A model generated the notes under the pieces. The model made no database searches. It was not told the origin of the DNA and saw nothing but the letters and a program-made list of their open reading frames with translations. Below, in pieces: positions 1 through 13,600 of a stretch of DNA of 64,000 nt. Within the stretch, counting starts at the first letter, position 1. Each line of letters opens with the position of its first letter. Both the position numbers and the translations under genes were made by a program. Source of the DNA: Paragordius varius (Eukaryota > Animalia > Nematomorpha); NCBI GenBank assembly GCA_964247055.1, contig OZ176058.1, positions 2,852,001 through 2,916,000 on the forward strand, in the 5' to 3' direction.

Positions 1-125
1 AAACAATACCATATAAAAATTGTGAGAAAATAGTAAATTTGTTAAATTTAATTATATAAAAAATAAAATTTTATAAATTATAAAAAATACAATCAAAAAT
101 TGTTTTATATTTAAAAAAAAACTAC

Positions 126-239
126 CCAAAAAGGGATATTTAAGAGCATTTTTCCCTTGTCCAATTTCTTTGACTGAGGCGCCCAAATAAACGTTTCGGG
201 CATCGAGAATTAATTTATGTTTAGCCATATATGCCGATT
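126..239 (-). CDS. CadN: Cadherin exon 53
   Basis: HKLILDARNVYLGAS..YPFL (C-terminal part of LamG); phase 1 to 1. Confidence 0.85.
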
Positions 240-2098
240 CTAAAGAAAATGCAAAGTAAAAAAATAAAAATAAACATTTGCAAAATAATTTATTTATATA
301 TTTAAAATTTTACCATCTATAAAATTTAAATACCATTTATAGTTTAAATTCATTCTTAAACAATTCAAATTAATTACTTAACAATTCAAATTCAACCTAA
401 AAATAAATTATGTGTTTTCAAACTAATCTAACTTAATATTAATATAAAATATATCTTTATGCTATTGTTGTTTTTTTTAGTATTATTTCAATTTTAAACA
501 AAATTTTCAAAAAACATATAATTTATTTAAGGGTGAATTTTGTAAATGGTATATGATGATGATGTATAATTATATATATATATAAATCTATATATAAAAA
601 TTAAAATATTTTTTAAATTTTCTAATCAAATTACAATTATATATATAAAAAACAATTTATTACAACTAAAAATCCCTATTTAAAATTACAGTAATAAAGA
701 AAAATCTTGAATTCCTAACAAATTTTAACTAATAACTCTTTCATACTAATATTTTACCTTCAAAAGATTCCCAAATTTTAGCTGTAAGGCCCATACGGTT
801 TTCCAAGGGTCCCCCCTTTTCTTGCCCAAAAGTTACGTTCATATCATCAGTTTTTTGCGTAGGAAAAGTACCGTAGTGATTTAAATTTTTGTCTGAATTA
901 TATATGGTAAAAAGTGAATTTAAAATGATGAAACAATTGAATGACAAATATTAAAGCAAAAAAACAAATCATACGTTTTATTTATTAATAATGTAAAACT
1001 AGGGATATATCAAAAAGATTATATTTTTTATTTGATTTTTTTAACCCTAGATTTAGATTGTAAAATAAAGAATAAAAATAAAACACTTAATTTTATAATC
1101 AAGGGTTTATAAAATGATAGCCATTTTTAAATTATGTTTTAAAAAATTTGTCTAAATAAAATTTGTCATTATAATTTTTTACTATGAAAAGAAAATGAAC
1201 TATTGATTGTTTAAAAACTTATTGTTTTAGGTTACAATATAGGGAATAGAGATGTTTAATATCACTCATTTTTTTATCTAAAAAAAACAAGATTTAAAAA
1301 AATTTGTCATTTTAATTTTTTTGTTTACAAAAATTGAAATTATACGGACAAAACGTAAAAATATAAAGATAATTATTTTTTTCAAAACTGATGTACTCTT
1401 TTATACATGGTTTTTTAATATAACTAACTCATCGTTTAAAATTGCAAAGTATGAAATAAAGATTTATAATGGTAATAAAATTAATTTGTATATTTTAAAA
1501 TTGTATATAAACAATTTACATAAAAAATAAGGTTAAAATATTATTATGTTAATATTTTAATGTCTTGTTTTAGAGAAAAAAATGCAATTTTTATTACTGT
1601 AAAAACTAGCAAAAGGATCAAAATAATTGCTTGAATAGAAAGTGTGGTCACGTGCTCCGCAATTAAAAATGCTAATCTTAGCAATGGGACCTTCTCGAAC
1701 GATTTTAATATGTTTCCAATTACCATCGGTTAAGCGACATTCCTTATTTAAATCTAAATATAAATAATAATAATAAAAAATGTTGGAAAAAATATATTCG
1801 GAAAAAATAAAAATTTGTTTTTTGGATGGAATTTTAAATTTAATTTGGAAATAGTTAAGATAAAATGTATAAAAAACAACAATTAATTATTTGGGGAAAG
1901 TAATATAAAAAAAAATAATTTTGAAAAATTGGTAAAAGCAAAAATATTTATATAAAATATAAATTAGGAAAAATATATAATAAAAAACAAGATATTGTAA
2001 TATAATCTAAAAGTTATAAAATAAATTTTGAGAAAATAATGTAAAATGAAAGATTTTTGTTAAAACATATGAAAAGAATAAAATTTTAGGGGTAATAT

Positions 2099-2129
<31 letters not shown>

Positions 2130-5100
2130 AAGAATATAAAATTAATAAAAAAAATATTTGTGAAAAATACAATCTAAAAAATAATTTTTGTAAAAAGGTT
2201 GATAAAAATATGAAATTTTTAGAAAATAAACAAGAAAAGTTTTATAACTAAACAATTTTTCGATTCCAAATATGAATTTAAAAAATATAAAATATTTTTG
2301 GAAAAAAAAAGAATTAAAATAGATTTATAATTATATATATTGGTTAAATAAATAAATATATTTTTAACTTTAAATATTAAGGGTTAACGTTTTTTTAAAA
2401 AAAAAATTAGTAAATTCTAAAATTATTAATTTTTTTAAAAAAATTTATGGTAAATACAATTTATTTTATTTTAAAAAAATTTCCAATTCAAAACATTTTT
2501 TTCTCAATAATTTTAAAGGATATGAATTATTCCAAATAATATATTAAAATTAAAATTCAAAAAAAATTTATTATACAAATTTATTCTTGAACATTTTTTC
2601 ATAAAAAATTAAATCGAGAAAAATTTTTACTTAATGGTGTTTCAACACGCATAGTATATGTAGTTTTAACATCTCCACCATTAATTTTTGCTGGTATTTT
2701 GATTGGGTAACCAAGATTATACGTAAATCTAAAATGTAATACATTATTTTTTAAAAAAAATTTTAAAAATAAAATTATGCAATTTTTCTTGGATATTTTA
2801 TTAAAATATTATTTATTTTAAATAATATATTATTTATAAATTATACTATGTATAAAAAAATTCATTTCATTATTTTTTTTTATCACAAAAGTTTAATTCT
2901 TAATCTAGCTGAATTTTTAATCATAAACTATACTAATAAATTTACAAATCGTGAAAACATTTTTAAAAATAATAAAATATATTATGGTAAAATAATTTTT
3001 TCATCCAATAAAGTTCTAAATTCATAATAAAATTAAAATGCATTCAGCATACAGTATAAATTGAATTTATATAGACCAAAATTAATAATAAATAAAAAAA
3101 TTTTCAAGAAATACTTTTATAATTTACAGTTTTAACTTATTTAAATCGCAAATTAGATGTATATTGAAAAAACAATCAATTATATATTTTACAGTAGTTA
3201 TTAAATAAAATAATATGAAAAATTTAAGTTTAAAAAAAGTAAGGTTGTCTTTTGTAAAACAAATATTTGTCTTTGTATTATTAAGGTCTAACCGTATTAT
3301 ATTAATTTTCACAGTAAGATTTATCTATAAAATATTTTAGATATTTTTTTAAACTATTTCCTAAAAAATCTTCAAAATCTTGGAAAAAATACCTTAAAGA
3401 TCCAAATAGGGCAGGATCTATCGGCAATCCATAATTGCGTGTTAAATTGAGAAACGTTTCGTAATTCTGAGGACTATTTTCATTGTAAGGACTAATTTAT
3501 ACAATAAAATAAAAAAATATTTTAACACTTAACATTATTAAATTAATATGCTTATAAAAATTAAAATGCCAAAAATTAGAAAGGGAATAAAATATTATAT
3601 ATTTAATATGAGTCTGTAATGTTTTTATAATAAAAACCTCTAAAAAAAGATATAAAATACCCCTAAAAATGGAAAAATCTCAATATTATTTAAAATAATT
3701 TTTATATATATATTTTAAATTAATTCACTTTTCAATAAAAAAAAATTGTATAAAAATCATTTAAACAACAAAAAAGCACCTCCAAAAATCCTAAAAAAAC
3801 AAAATTATTAAAATCTAATCAAAAAATGAAAATAATGAATATTTATTAATAATAAATAATAATAAATTTAAAAAAATGTATAAAACCCAAAATATACCAT
3901 TGATTGATAAAACATCTAAAAATTAAAAAAATTAGTTACAAAATAATAAAAGGTTAAATGCATCTTTAATTTTTCAATCCTTAAATAAATATCTATAAAT
4001 TGATCATTTTTTTCAAAATAACCTCAAATTATGTAAAAATCATATCTAAAATTAGAACCTTTCTTCCGTATTAAAATTCAACCATTTATCTGCAGAGTAG
4101 GGTGCTAACATTTGACCTGAAAGTGTGTTAAAAGTAGTTTCAAGTGTTGACAAGGGGTCAGGAAATACCAAATCTAACCACATGTATTCATTCCCATCAA
4201 GGCTTGACGCTTGGAATATTCGAGAAATATATTCACTACCTTGAGATACGGACTGTTTACCATTTCTTTCATGATTTGGTTCGTAGTAAAAACTGCTTTT
4301 TTCATCAAAATTTTTATTATCGTTCGCAACATTGATATCGATTTGTGAATGTGCAAATGGTTTGAAATATTTATCAAGCCATGTTTGTAGTAACAAGTTA
4401 TTATTATTATTATTGTATGTTTCATCAGAGGAAACCCCAAAAATATTTTGCGTTTGTGGTACAGTTAAAGACTGTTGTCGCAAATTTATTTGACTCATTA
4501 TGGCACTTATAAAAGGTGCGATGGTTTGAAATTTAAGTTCAAGGACATTACTTAACGCTTCATATGTACCAATTATATTAGGGTTATTTTTTGTAGTGCC
4601 AATCTCAGAATTTTTGAAATTTTTTACGTTAACAGTTTCGTGTGAGTTAGTTAATCGAACCCTTAAATACGAAAACGTATTGGTATCAAATGGGGTAGGA
4701 ATAAATTTTTCTGCAATCGAAGCAACATTAGATTTTTGGGATTGTTCAAAACTTTCAATAGTGTTTGAAAGTGAATTTTGAGGTTCAAATTCATTCTTTG
4801 AAGAAACATTGTTTTGAATTGATGGTATGAAATTGTTATTGGCAGTTAAATCAATCATATGAATTATGTCTTGATGTAAGGCGGCCATGAAATGGAGGTT
4901 AAAAGATGCGCCTAAATTTTTTTTACAAAAATTAACTATTAATCAATAGTATAAAACAATAAATATTATAAAATTTTAATGAAGCATTTTAAATATAAGC
5001 CCAAGAATGTTAATTTTTTTGAAATTTTCCAATTTAAAATAAAAACGAAAAACAACTAAATATTTTTTACCCAAACTTTCATCACAATTATTTTCGTTTA

Positions 5101-8100
5101 TCATATGACCATCATCTCCATTTATGTCATTTCCTATTAAATCACTATCAGCTGTTAAAGAAGGCGTTTTATTAAAGAGAGGGCAGGTGTAAGAAATATG
5201 TTGCTTATTCAAAGAACTCATTAGTGTATTTCTACCGGCTAAATCTATAAGCGCGCCATTTATACGGAGTGCGGAGACGCATATAATTTTTTCTACATTC
5301 GTTTCCTTTCCTTGTGGATCATTTTTTGGATTTTGGAGGTGATGCACGTGATCTGCATGGAATTCCAGCCAATCAGGAATGGATCCGAGAATAACCATTC
5401 CACCCCCTCTGCGGCTGCCATAAACAGCTGTTATGTCTGCATCAATTAGCAGGCTAGAAGGCGTTTTTAATACTAAAGGCATACTTTTATAACAAGAATT
5501 CATGTTAGGACAAAACATTTTATCGATCGTTAGAGATATTAAATTGGCTGATAAATCAAGAATTAATTCGATATTGTGAGTATTCTTTGATTTGTGTAAA
5601 GTTATTTCAAATTTATTTTTGGCATTTTGGTTTTCAAAATCATTCAACTGTGTAGTTAAAACTTGGAAAGTTATCATTTCGTTTTGTTGATTTTCTTTTA
5701 ATAGAATTGCTTTAATTTCTAGCAACATATTGGGGTTTTTATGATTGAGTTTGGAATTAAAATTGTTATTGAAATAAGTATGGCTATCAAATGTCATAGG
5801 TAACACAATGGATAAGATTGGGAAAGTTACGTTTCGTCGTGTATTAGAGCCTGATTGAGAGGCCATATCAAAAGCCACATCGAAATTCAGAACTATTGGC
5901 TAATAGGTAAAAATATAAATAATGTTTAAACGTTTGTTAAGAGAATAAAATAAAGAAATTAAATAAGTGGTTTATATGTATACAGTGTATAAAAAAATTA
6001 AGATTAAAAATAGTTTTTGAAATAGAGAACTTAAAAAGTGGTCTATATGTATAGTGTGTATAAAAAAATAAGATCAAAAATAGTTTTTAATATAGGGAAC
6101 AAAAAGTGGTTTATATATATCCTGCGTTTAAAATAATTAAAATTATAAATAGTATTTAATAATTTGGATAAAATTCATGGAACAAAAATTGCATAATTAT
6201 TAACAAAAAATACATTAAAATATTAAAAATTGTAACCCTAAATCAAAAATATTAACAATAAGCCCATTACCACAAAGAACATTCAATAATTATGGAATTA
6301 AAACCATTTGTTTCAAACATTTTTTACTTTTTTTCCAATTTACCTGTAAAAATTTATGGTTTTCGAGAATATTCTCACAATCCTGCCCATTTTTCGATTG
6401 AATTAGAGGCGATGAATAATGTTTTGTAGATTTTAAAAGGTCATTCAAACCAGGAAGTATAAGATAAGATAAATCATCAGAATTCGATGGACGGTTTAAT
6501 GCGCCACCAATGTTTAGCGCAATCATACTGTATTCACAACGCGGTCCTCCCCCTTGCATATTAAATGGTGGTGGACATTCACAACTAAATAAATGTCAAT
6601 ATATGTTTTATAAAATATTTTGGCAATAATATAAAAATATTTTTTAAAAATACAAACATAATAATATTTGATAAAAAATAATATAAAATTGATGGCTACA
6701 AATATGTTTTGATCTGTATAATAAATATATTTAAAATATAAAATATTTTTTTGGTAAAAATAAATTAGAAGATTTTTTTATTAAATCTATTTTATATATA
6801 TTATTTTAATTTGGAAGTAAGCAAAATATTCCAGAATTATATAATATAAGAAAATTATTATAATTGAAGGTTTAAAATGCATTTTTGACAAATTAAAACA
6901 TTATACAATTTTAAAATATGCAAAAATAAATGCTTTTTTTTTTTAATATATTTTTGACTTTTTTAATACCAAAAAATTGTTATATTTACAAAAAGATAAT
7001 AATAAAATTTAATTTTCGTTGACAAAAACCACAACCTTAATTTAACTTAAATTTTTAAATTTAGTAAAGTCCTGACAAAAATACCTCTAAAAAATTGTTA
7101 AAAAGAAAAAAATATACGAACCTCGGTCCGGTTATAGGGTTATCTATACAGATACCACCATGGTAACACCAATCAGGACCCAGGAAAACACATGATGTAC
7201 GAACAATTTCTAAATTTTTATTTGTCTCAAAATCATTTTTTGGGTTATCAAACAAATTTTGAGTAGGCAAAACAGCTGGTAAGTGAACAGCTGTTCTATT
7301 TGTATCAATGACGCCAGCTGTTGAAATTTTTTTAAGTGGGGCGGTTTCACTCATTTTGGAGAGCACGTGACATTTATTTTCGATTTCAAAATGATTATCA
7401 TAATCATTATCAATACTAAGGATTTCAATGTCCAATGCTTTGGATATCTTTATTAAAAAATTTATAAAAAATCAATTATAAATTGAAATTATAATTTATA
7501 AAATTATGCGGATAACATATACAAAAAAATTTTTTTGAATATAAATGGCAAAAATGAGTTTTATAAACAAATTCTATCTATATATTAACAGATGCTAATC
7601 TGTTTTTTCCAAAATACTAGGCCAAAAATAAAAGGTATTTTTGGTGTTTTAAGGTCATTATCATGAGAGGTTTAAATAAAATCTTCTTATAAGATGGTGT
7701 TATAAAATAAAATTGTAGTTTACTTTAAAGGTTTTATTGCAAATTTTCATTAAGGATAAATAAATAATATATTGATATTTTAAATTTACTTTCCCTAATA
7801 ATATTATATGCTGTTAGTAAAGTACAACTATTATTAATAAATATATGACAAAGTTTATCCTTTTGTATTAGGTTAACATTAACAAAAAATTATTATCAAA
7901 ATAGGTATTTTGATTTTCATAAATTATTCTAAGCATGGATTAATCAAGGAAAAAATTAAAGAGTTTATGGGTGAATTTAAAACATAGGTGTGTAAAAGGT
8001 ATATAAATAACATTATAAAATAATTTTTATAAAATTAAATTTTTTTATAAAAGTATAAAAAATTACTAAATGTTTCCAATTAGCCAGGATAGTTTGAATT

Positions 8101-10636
8101 TTAAGCCGAGGGACATATTGTAACGTATATTGTGTATTAATTAGCCAATCATATATTAAGCTATCTTGATATCCAGATTGTTTACTATTATCTATATGGA
8201 AAATAAAAATATGAAAAAAAATCAAAAGAAAATATAAAATAAAAGTAATAAAAATATCGAATTTTAAAATAATTTTACGCATCTTAAAATTACATTATCC
8301 GAAAAAATTAAAATGAAAGCTAAATTACCATTTTTGGGTTAATTAATATAATTAAAAACTCCTTTTCCAACTTAAAAGAAATTGTATGATAATTATAAAA
8401 AAAACAACAAATCCCTCTATTCTTAAAAATTTTAAACAAAATAATTTAAGTTGAAACAATGTTACAATTGATAAAAAGAGGTGATTTAATAGTTTAATAT
8501 TTTTTATAATAATTATATTTAAAGTAATTAAAATAATTCTTCAAAATTTCAAAGTAAAACTAAACTAAAACTAAGTTTTTCTTACCAAAATCCTTCCGCA
8601 GTTCTTTTCGAATACGTTCTTCTACCAAATCGGAATTTGCGTTTGTGTTGCTAAAATTTTCATCCGAAATTTTTTCTACTTTATTCTTTGAATCGTAAAT
8701 TGTTTTGATACGATTAACATTAGTTAAGCCAGCCCATGTTTTTACAGCAAATACTAGGCGAGTTTTATAAGGGAAAGATTGACCAACCCTTTCAAGTTTA
8801 AGCAATTCAAAATGTGATGTTTCAATAAGATATTTTAAGTTCTTTTTATAATTAGGATTTTGTTTTTCTATCATGGAAGTTGTTTTCGAAAACGTTTTTA
8901 AAACGCTCAAAAAAGTTTGAAAACTTTTGTAATTTAAATTGCTTTCAGAATTTTTTTGCCGAGAAATTAATGGTAAATGTGTGGCGTGTAGAAATGAGGT
9001 TAAAATTTTTCGTAAGCCTGACCATTTATTAAGTTGGTTCCCAAAAACTGAGTTTCGTGCATAATTATTATTTTGGTTATTTTCATTATTATAATTATTA
9101 TTATTGATTTTGGATGGTTTCGGTTGTTGGACCTAAATTAAAAATTTTAAAAAATAAAAATATGGTTGGATTAATAAATTTAAATAAAAAGTAAATATAT
9201 ATGTAAATTCGATATTAACCGCGAAATTGTGTACAAACTTATTAATTTAATTTGTTTTTAGATATGTACAATAAAACTTTAATTATAGTACCTATAAGTT
9301 TCAACAGATTTATTTCAAAAATATATTTTTCAATATATTCTATAATTACAATAAGTATAAATTTTAAAAAAAATATTCCATTTTAAAAGTAAGTATTTTT
9401 TATAAAAATTATATACTATCGTTATAAGTTAAAATTCTTTAAAAAAATAGCAAATAATGATTTCCAATTTTTTTTTTCAAAAAATAAAGATTAATTTTTC
9501 AAAAATAATTAATAATTTTTACATTTAAAAAATTGTAAGGATAGGTAGGTGTGAGTTGTGTATCCCAAAAACTTTTTGAAGCACCCAAAAATTGTTCCGG
9601 TGAAATATCTAAAATATAAAAATATTTGGAAATATTTTAGAATAAATTATACAAAAACTTAGTTTTAAAATAATTAAATAGAAATTCAATAAAAATATTG
9701 TTTTCAATTGAAAAACTAAAATAAAATCAAATATATATAATAATAAGTCTATTCCACCAATCCTTTTGTAGATATTAATATTTTTATATTTTTTAATAAT
9801 AGTTAAATTATAATTTTCTTAAATATAAACTAAAAAACAAAAAGATTAAAAATTTACATACTTAATAAAAAAAATTAGATATTTATAATTTAAATCGTGT
9901 CATAATTTAATTTTTACCAAGATTTTAAATGTTTAAATATTTTTATTTACAGTAAAAACCAAATTATACGGACAAATAGTAAAAATATAAAGACAAATAT
10001 TTTATTTTATATGTCAATCTACTTTTTAAATCTATATTCATATCAATCTCATTGTTATAAATGGCAAAGTGTGAAATAGAAATATATTACTAACACAATC
10101 AATTCTATATTTTACAATTGTAACTAAATAGCTTATATGAGAAAAATTAAGGTTTTGAAAAGTATGGTTGTCTTTTAGAAAAAAATATTTGTCTTTATAC
10201 GTTTCGTCCGTATATTATTTTTTACAGTACATCATATTTGAGTTTTTTATTTATTAATCAAATATTAACCAAAAATTTTGATTTTTAAAATTAAAAAATT
10301 TAAAACCATTCAAAATGAGAGAAATAGATTGTGTAAATGCCATTTCATCAATCCGTTTAATGTGAACGTAAACTGTGGCCGGGACATTCAGCATGAATTT
10401 AACATCATAAACGTTGAAATCTAACTGATAACTAGCGTCCAATAGGGAAAATCTATAAAAATTTTAAAATAATAAAAATAAAATTATAATTAAATATTTT
10501 AAAATGGTAGATATTTTAAATATAAAAAAATTTCCAAAATAATTAAATTATTAAAAATTTTTAAATAAAAATAAAATTGTAAATAAATAATAAAAATTAT
10601 CTAAATAATAAATATATTAAATATTTATTAAAATAA

Positions 10637-10667
<31 letters not shown>

Positions 10668-13600
10668 AAAAATTATATAATTATATAATTAAAATATATT
10701 AAAATAAATTAAAATATTTGAAAAATTTTAAAATTGCAAAAATTAAAAATATATATATTATAAATTATCAAAATAATTATAATAAAAAGTTATTGAAATA
10801 AATTTAATAGTAAATTTATAAATAAAAATAAATGTTAAAATCTAGCTGACAACTTGCGTTTAGCATGGAAAATCTAATAAAAATAAAATTGTAAAAATAA
10901 ACTTCCATAAATTTATTAAAAATCAAATATAATTATTTATTTCTATATTATTTGAACTTAAAAAATAATAACCTAAAATTAAGAAAAAAATTAAAATATA
11001 ACTACATACATATATAAAAATTATTAATTTAAACGTTGAATTAAATGTATAAAGGATATATATTTATTTATTATTAATTCAAAATATATTTATCTAATGA
11101 CTTAAAAAATCATGAAAACACAAATAAAAAAAGGTAAAAGTAAATATAAATAACTTTTAAATTTACCAATTGTTTAAAAACTTATATATTTATATAAGAT
11201 TCTATTTCTGGATTTAAAAATAGGAAATTTCATTTTTTTAAATCAAACCTTATGTTTCATAAAAAAATATTTTTAAAAAAATTAAATTAGACCCCTTGTC
11301 AAACATGATGCGTATTTCCCCGCTCATGGAATCACATTTGAAATCTGGTAACAATTCTGAAAAATATAAATTATAAAAAAAATAATATAATATTTAAATA
11401 TACCATTTACAGTTCAAGTATACCCTCGAACAATTCAAATTCACCTTGAACAATTAATCACCCTTTTCGAATTCACCATAAAATAAATTATGTTTTTTAA
11501 GATTTATATCCTATATTTTTTTATTATTATAAAAAATGAAATTTTGTCTAAAATTAGTATAATACTGAAAAAATAATAAACTATGCCATAAAAATATATT
11601 TTATGTTAATGATGAGTTATATTAGCCCGAAAACATATAGTTTATATTTAGATTGAATTTGAGTTGTTCAGGGGTGAATTTGAATAGTAAATGGTATACT
11701 ATAACTTTTTATAAAATCACTTGAATCTATTTGATATTAGCAAAAATATAAAAAGTTAATAATTTGAAGTTTAACATAAAAAAAACCATAAAACAAAAAA
11801 TTTGCATAGCAAAAACGATATTAATAATAAAAATATTTTTGCCGGATAATAGACATTAAATAATATACATAAAATAAAATTGTTCTCAACGAATATATTA
11901 AAATAAAAAATTGATATTAAAACTAAAAAATCAATCAATAATATTTTATTAAAATTAATAATATATTTTATTTAAAAAGGCAAAACAGGACTTTTTAAAA
12001 ATTAAATTTAACTAAAGATTACATAAGATTTTACGCGTAATTAATAAATTATATATGCTTAATCACAATAAAAATTGAAATTGTACGGACAAAATGTAAA
12101 AAGTTAAAGACAAATATTTTTTTTCAAAAGACAACCATACTTTTTTAAACTCCATTTTTTAAAATATAACTCATTGTTTTAAATTGCAAATTATGAAATT
12201 GATACAATCATATATTTTACGATTGTAAATATATATTTTTTATGTTAGAAAAATTAAATTTTGAAAAAGTATGGTTGTCTTTTAAACACAAAGTTTTGTC
12301 TTTATATTTTTACGTTTTGTCCGTATATTTACAGTTTTTACTGTAAAAAATAAAAAAAACCTTTGTCTTCAGAAATCATATGATGGTTTTCAGAATTAAT
12401 CCTAGAAACTGTTAGGAGAGTGAAATTTTTATCGCCAGGCCTCAACCAATCATCTAAATCAGCTGTCCAAACCGTACCAATAAATGTGTTGGATTCCAAT
12501 TGATCTAATAAACAAACATAAAATTATTTAAACAAGTAAAAATATGGCTTAAAAGATGTAATATATTGGATAATTTTTTATAAAAAATAAATATTTTTGT
12601 TAAACCAAATATCTTAAAAAATATGGGCTAAGTAAGTATATTGGTTAATTTATAAAAATTAATCAATATGTTGTTAAAATATAAAAATTAAAACACTAAA
12701 TATAGAGTTATCTCAAATATCTATTTTTTAAATTTTTTTTTATAAATGATAATTTAACTTTAAACATCCTATCTATTTTATATTTACAAAATACAACTTA
12801 ATTTGTATTGAATATTTTATTTTAAAAAATAATTATTTTTAATCTATAAATTTTAAAATATTTTTTTCATAAAAATAAAAATATTTAACCATACCCTTTG
12901 TAATTATAGACGTAAAAAATGTGTTTCGTATAATATTTCATATTTGGAAAGAAAACCATCATATCAACCCAATAACGGAATTTTTTATAAACAGATATAC
13001 ATCTATATTTTTACAAAATATTTCATAATTTTAATTCTTTATTTAATTTTATTTTTGTGTTGATCCGAAGAAGTTAGAGGAATCTAACAAAAATTCATAA
13101 ATTTATTATTAATTTTGGTGATATTAAATCATATTATTCTATAAAAAAATACCCTAAAATTATATTCACATATAATTTCAAACAAAACAACTAAATTATG
13201 ATCATAAAGCTATTTCTATAAAAACGGAAAATATATTTTTATGCACAAAATATCCAAAAACTATTTCAAATCTCTGATTTTTTTTTAGTGAAAATCATAA
13301 AGTTATATACCTTTATAATTATAAACGTGGATATGTTTCGTATTATATTTCATTTCATCATCAACATTATCTGACATCAAATGAGTCTTAATTTTGGCTA
13401 AAATTTCATCCATCTTTTCGTCTTCTTTTATACTATGCAAATCAGCTGATTTGTCTTCCGTTTTTAACATTCCAGAATGTTGTTCTAAACTTTTAGACCG
13501 TTTTTCTCTCCTTCGATTAATATTAACATTCATATTTTGATTATTTTTTAAATCCAAATGAAAATTTTGAGTATTTTGATGTAAATTCTGCGAATATTCC

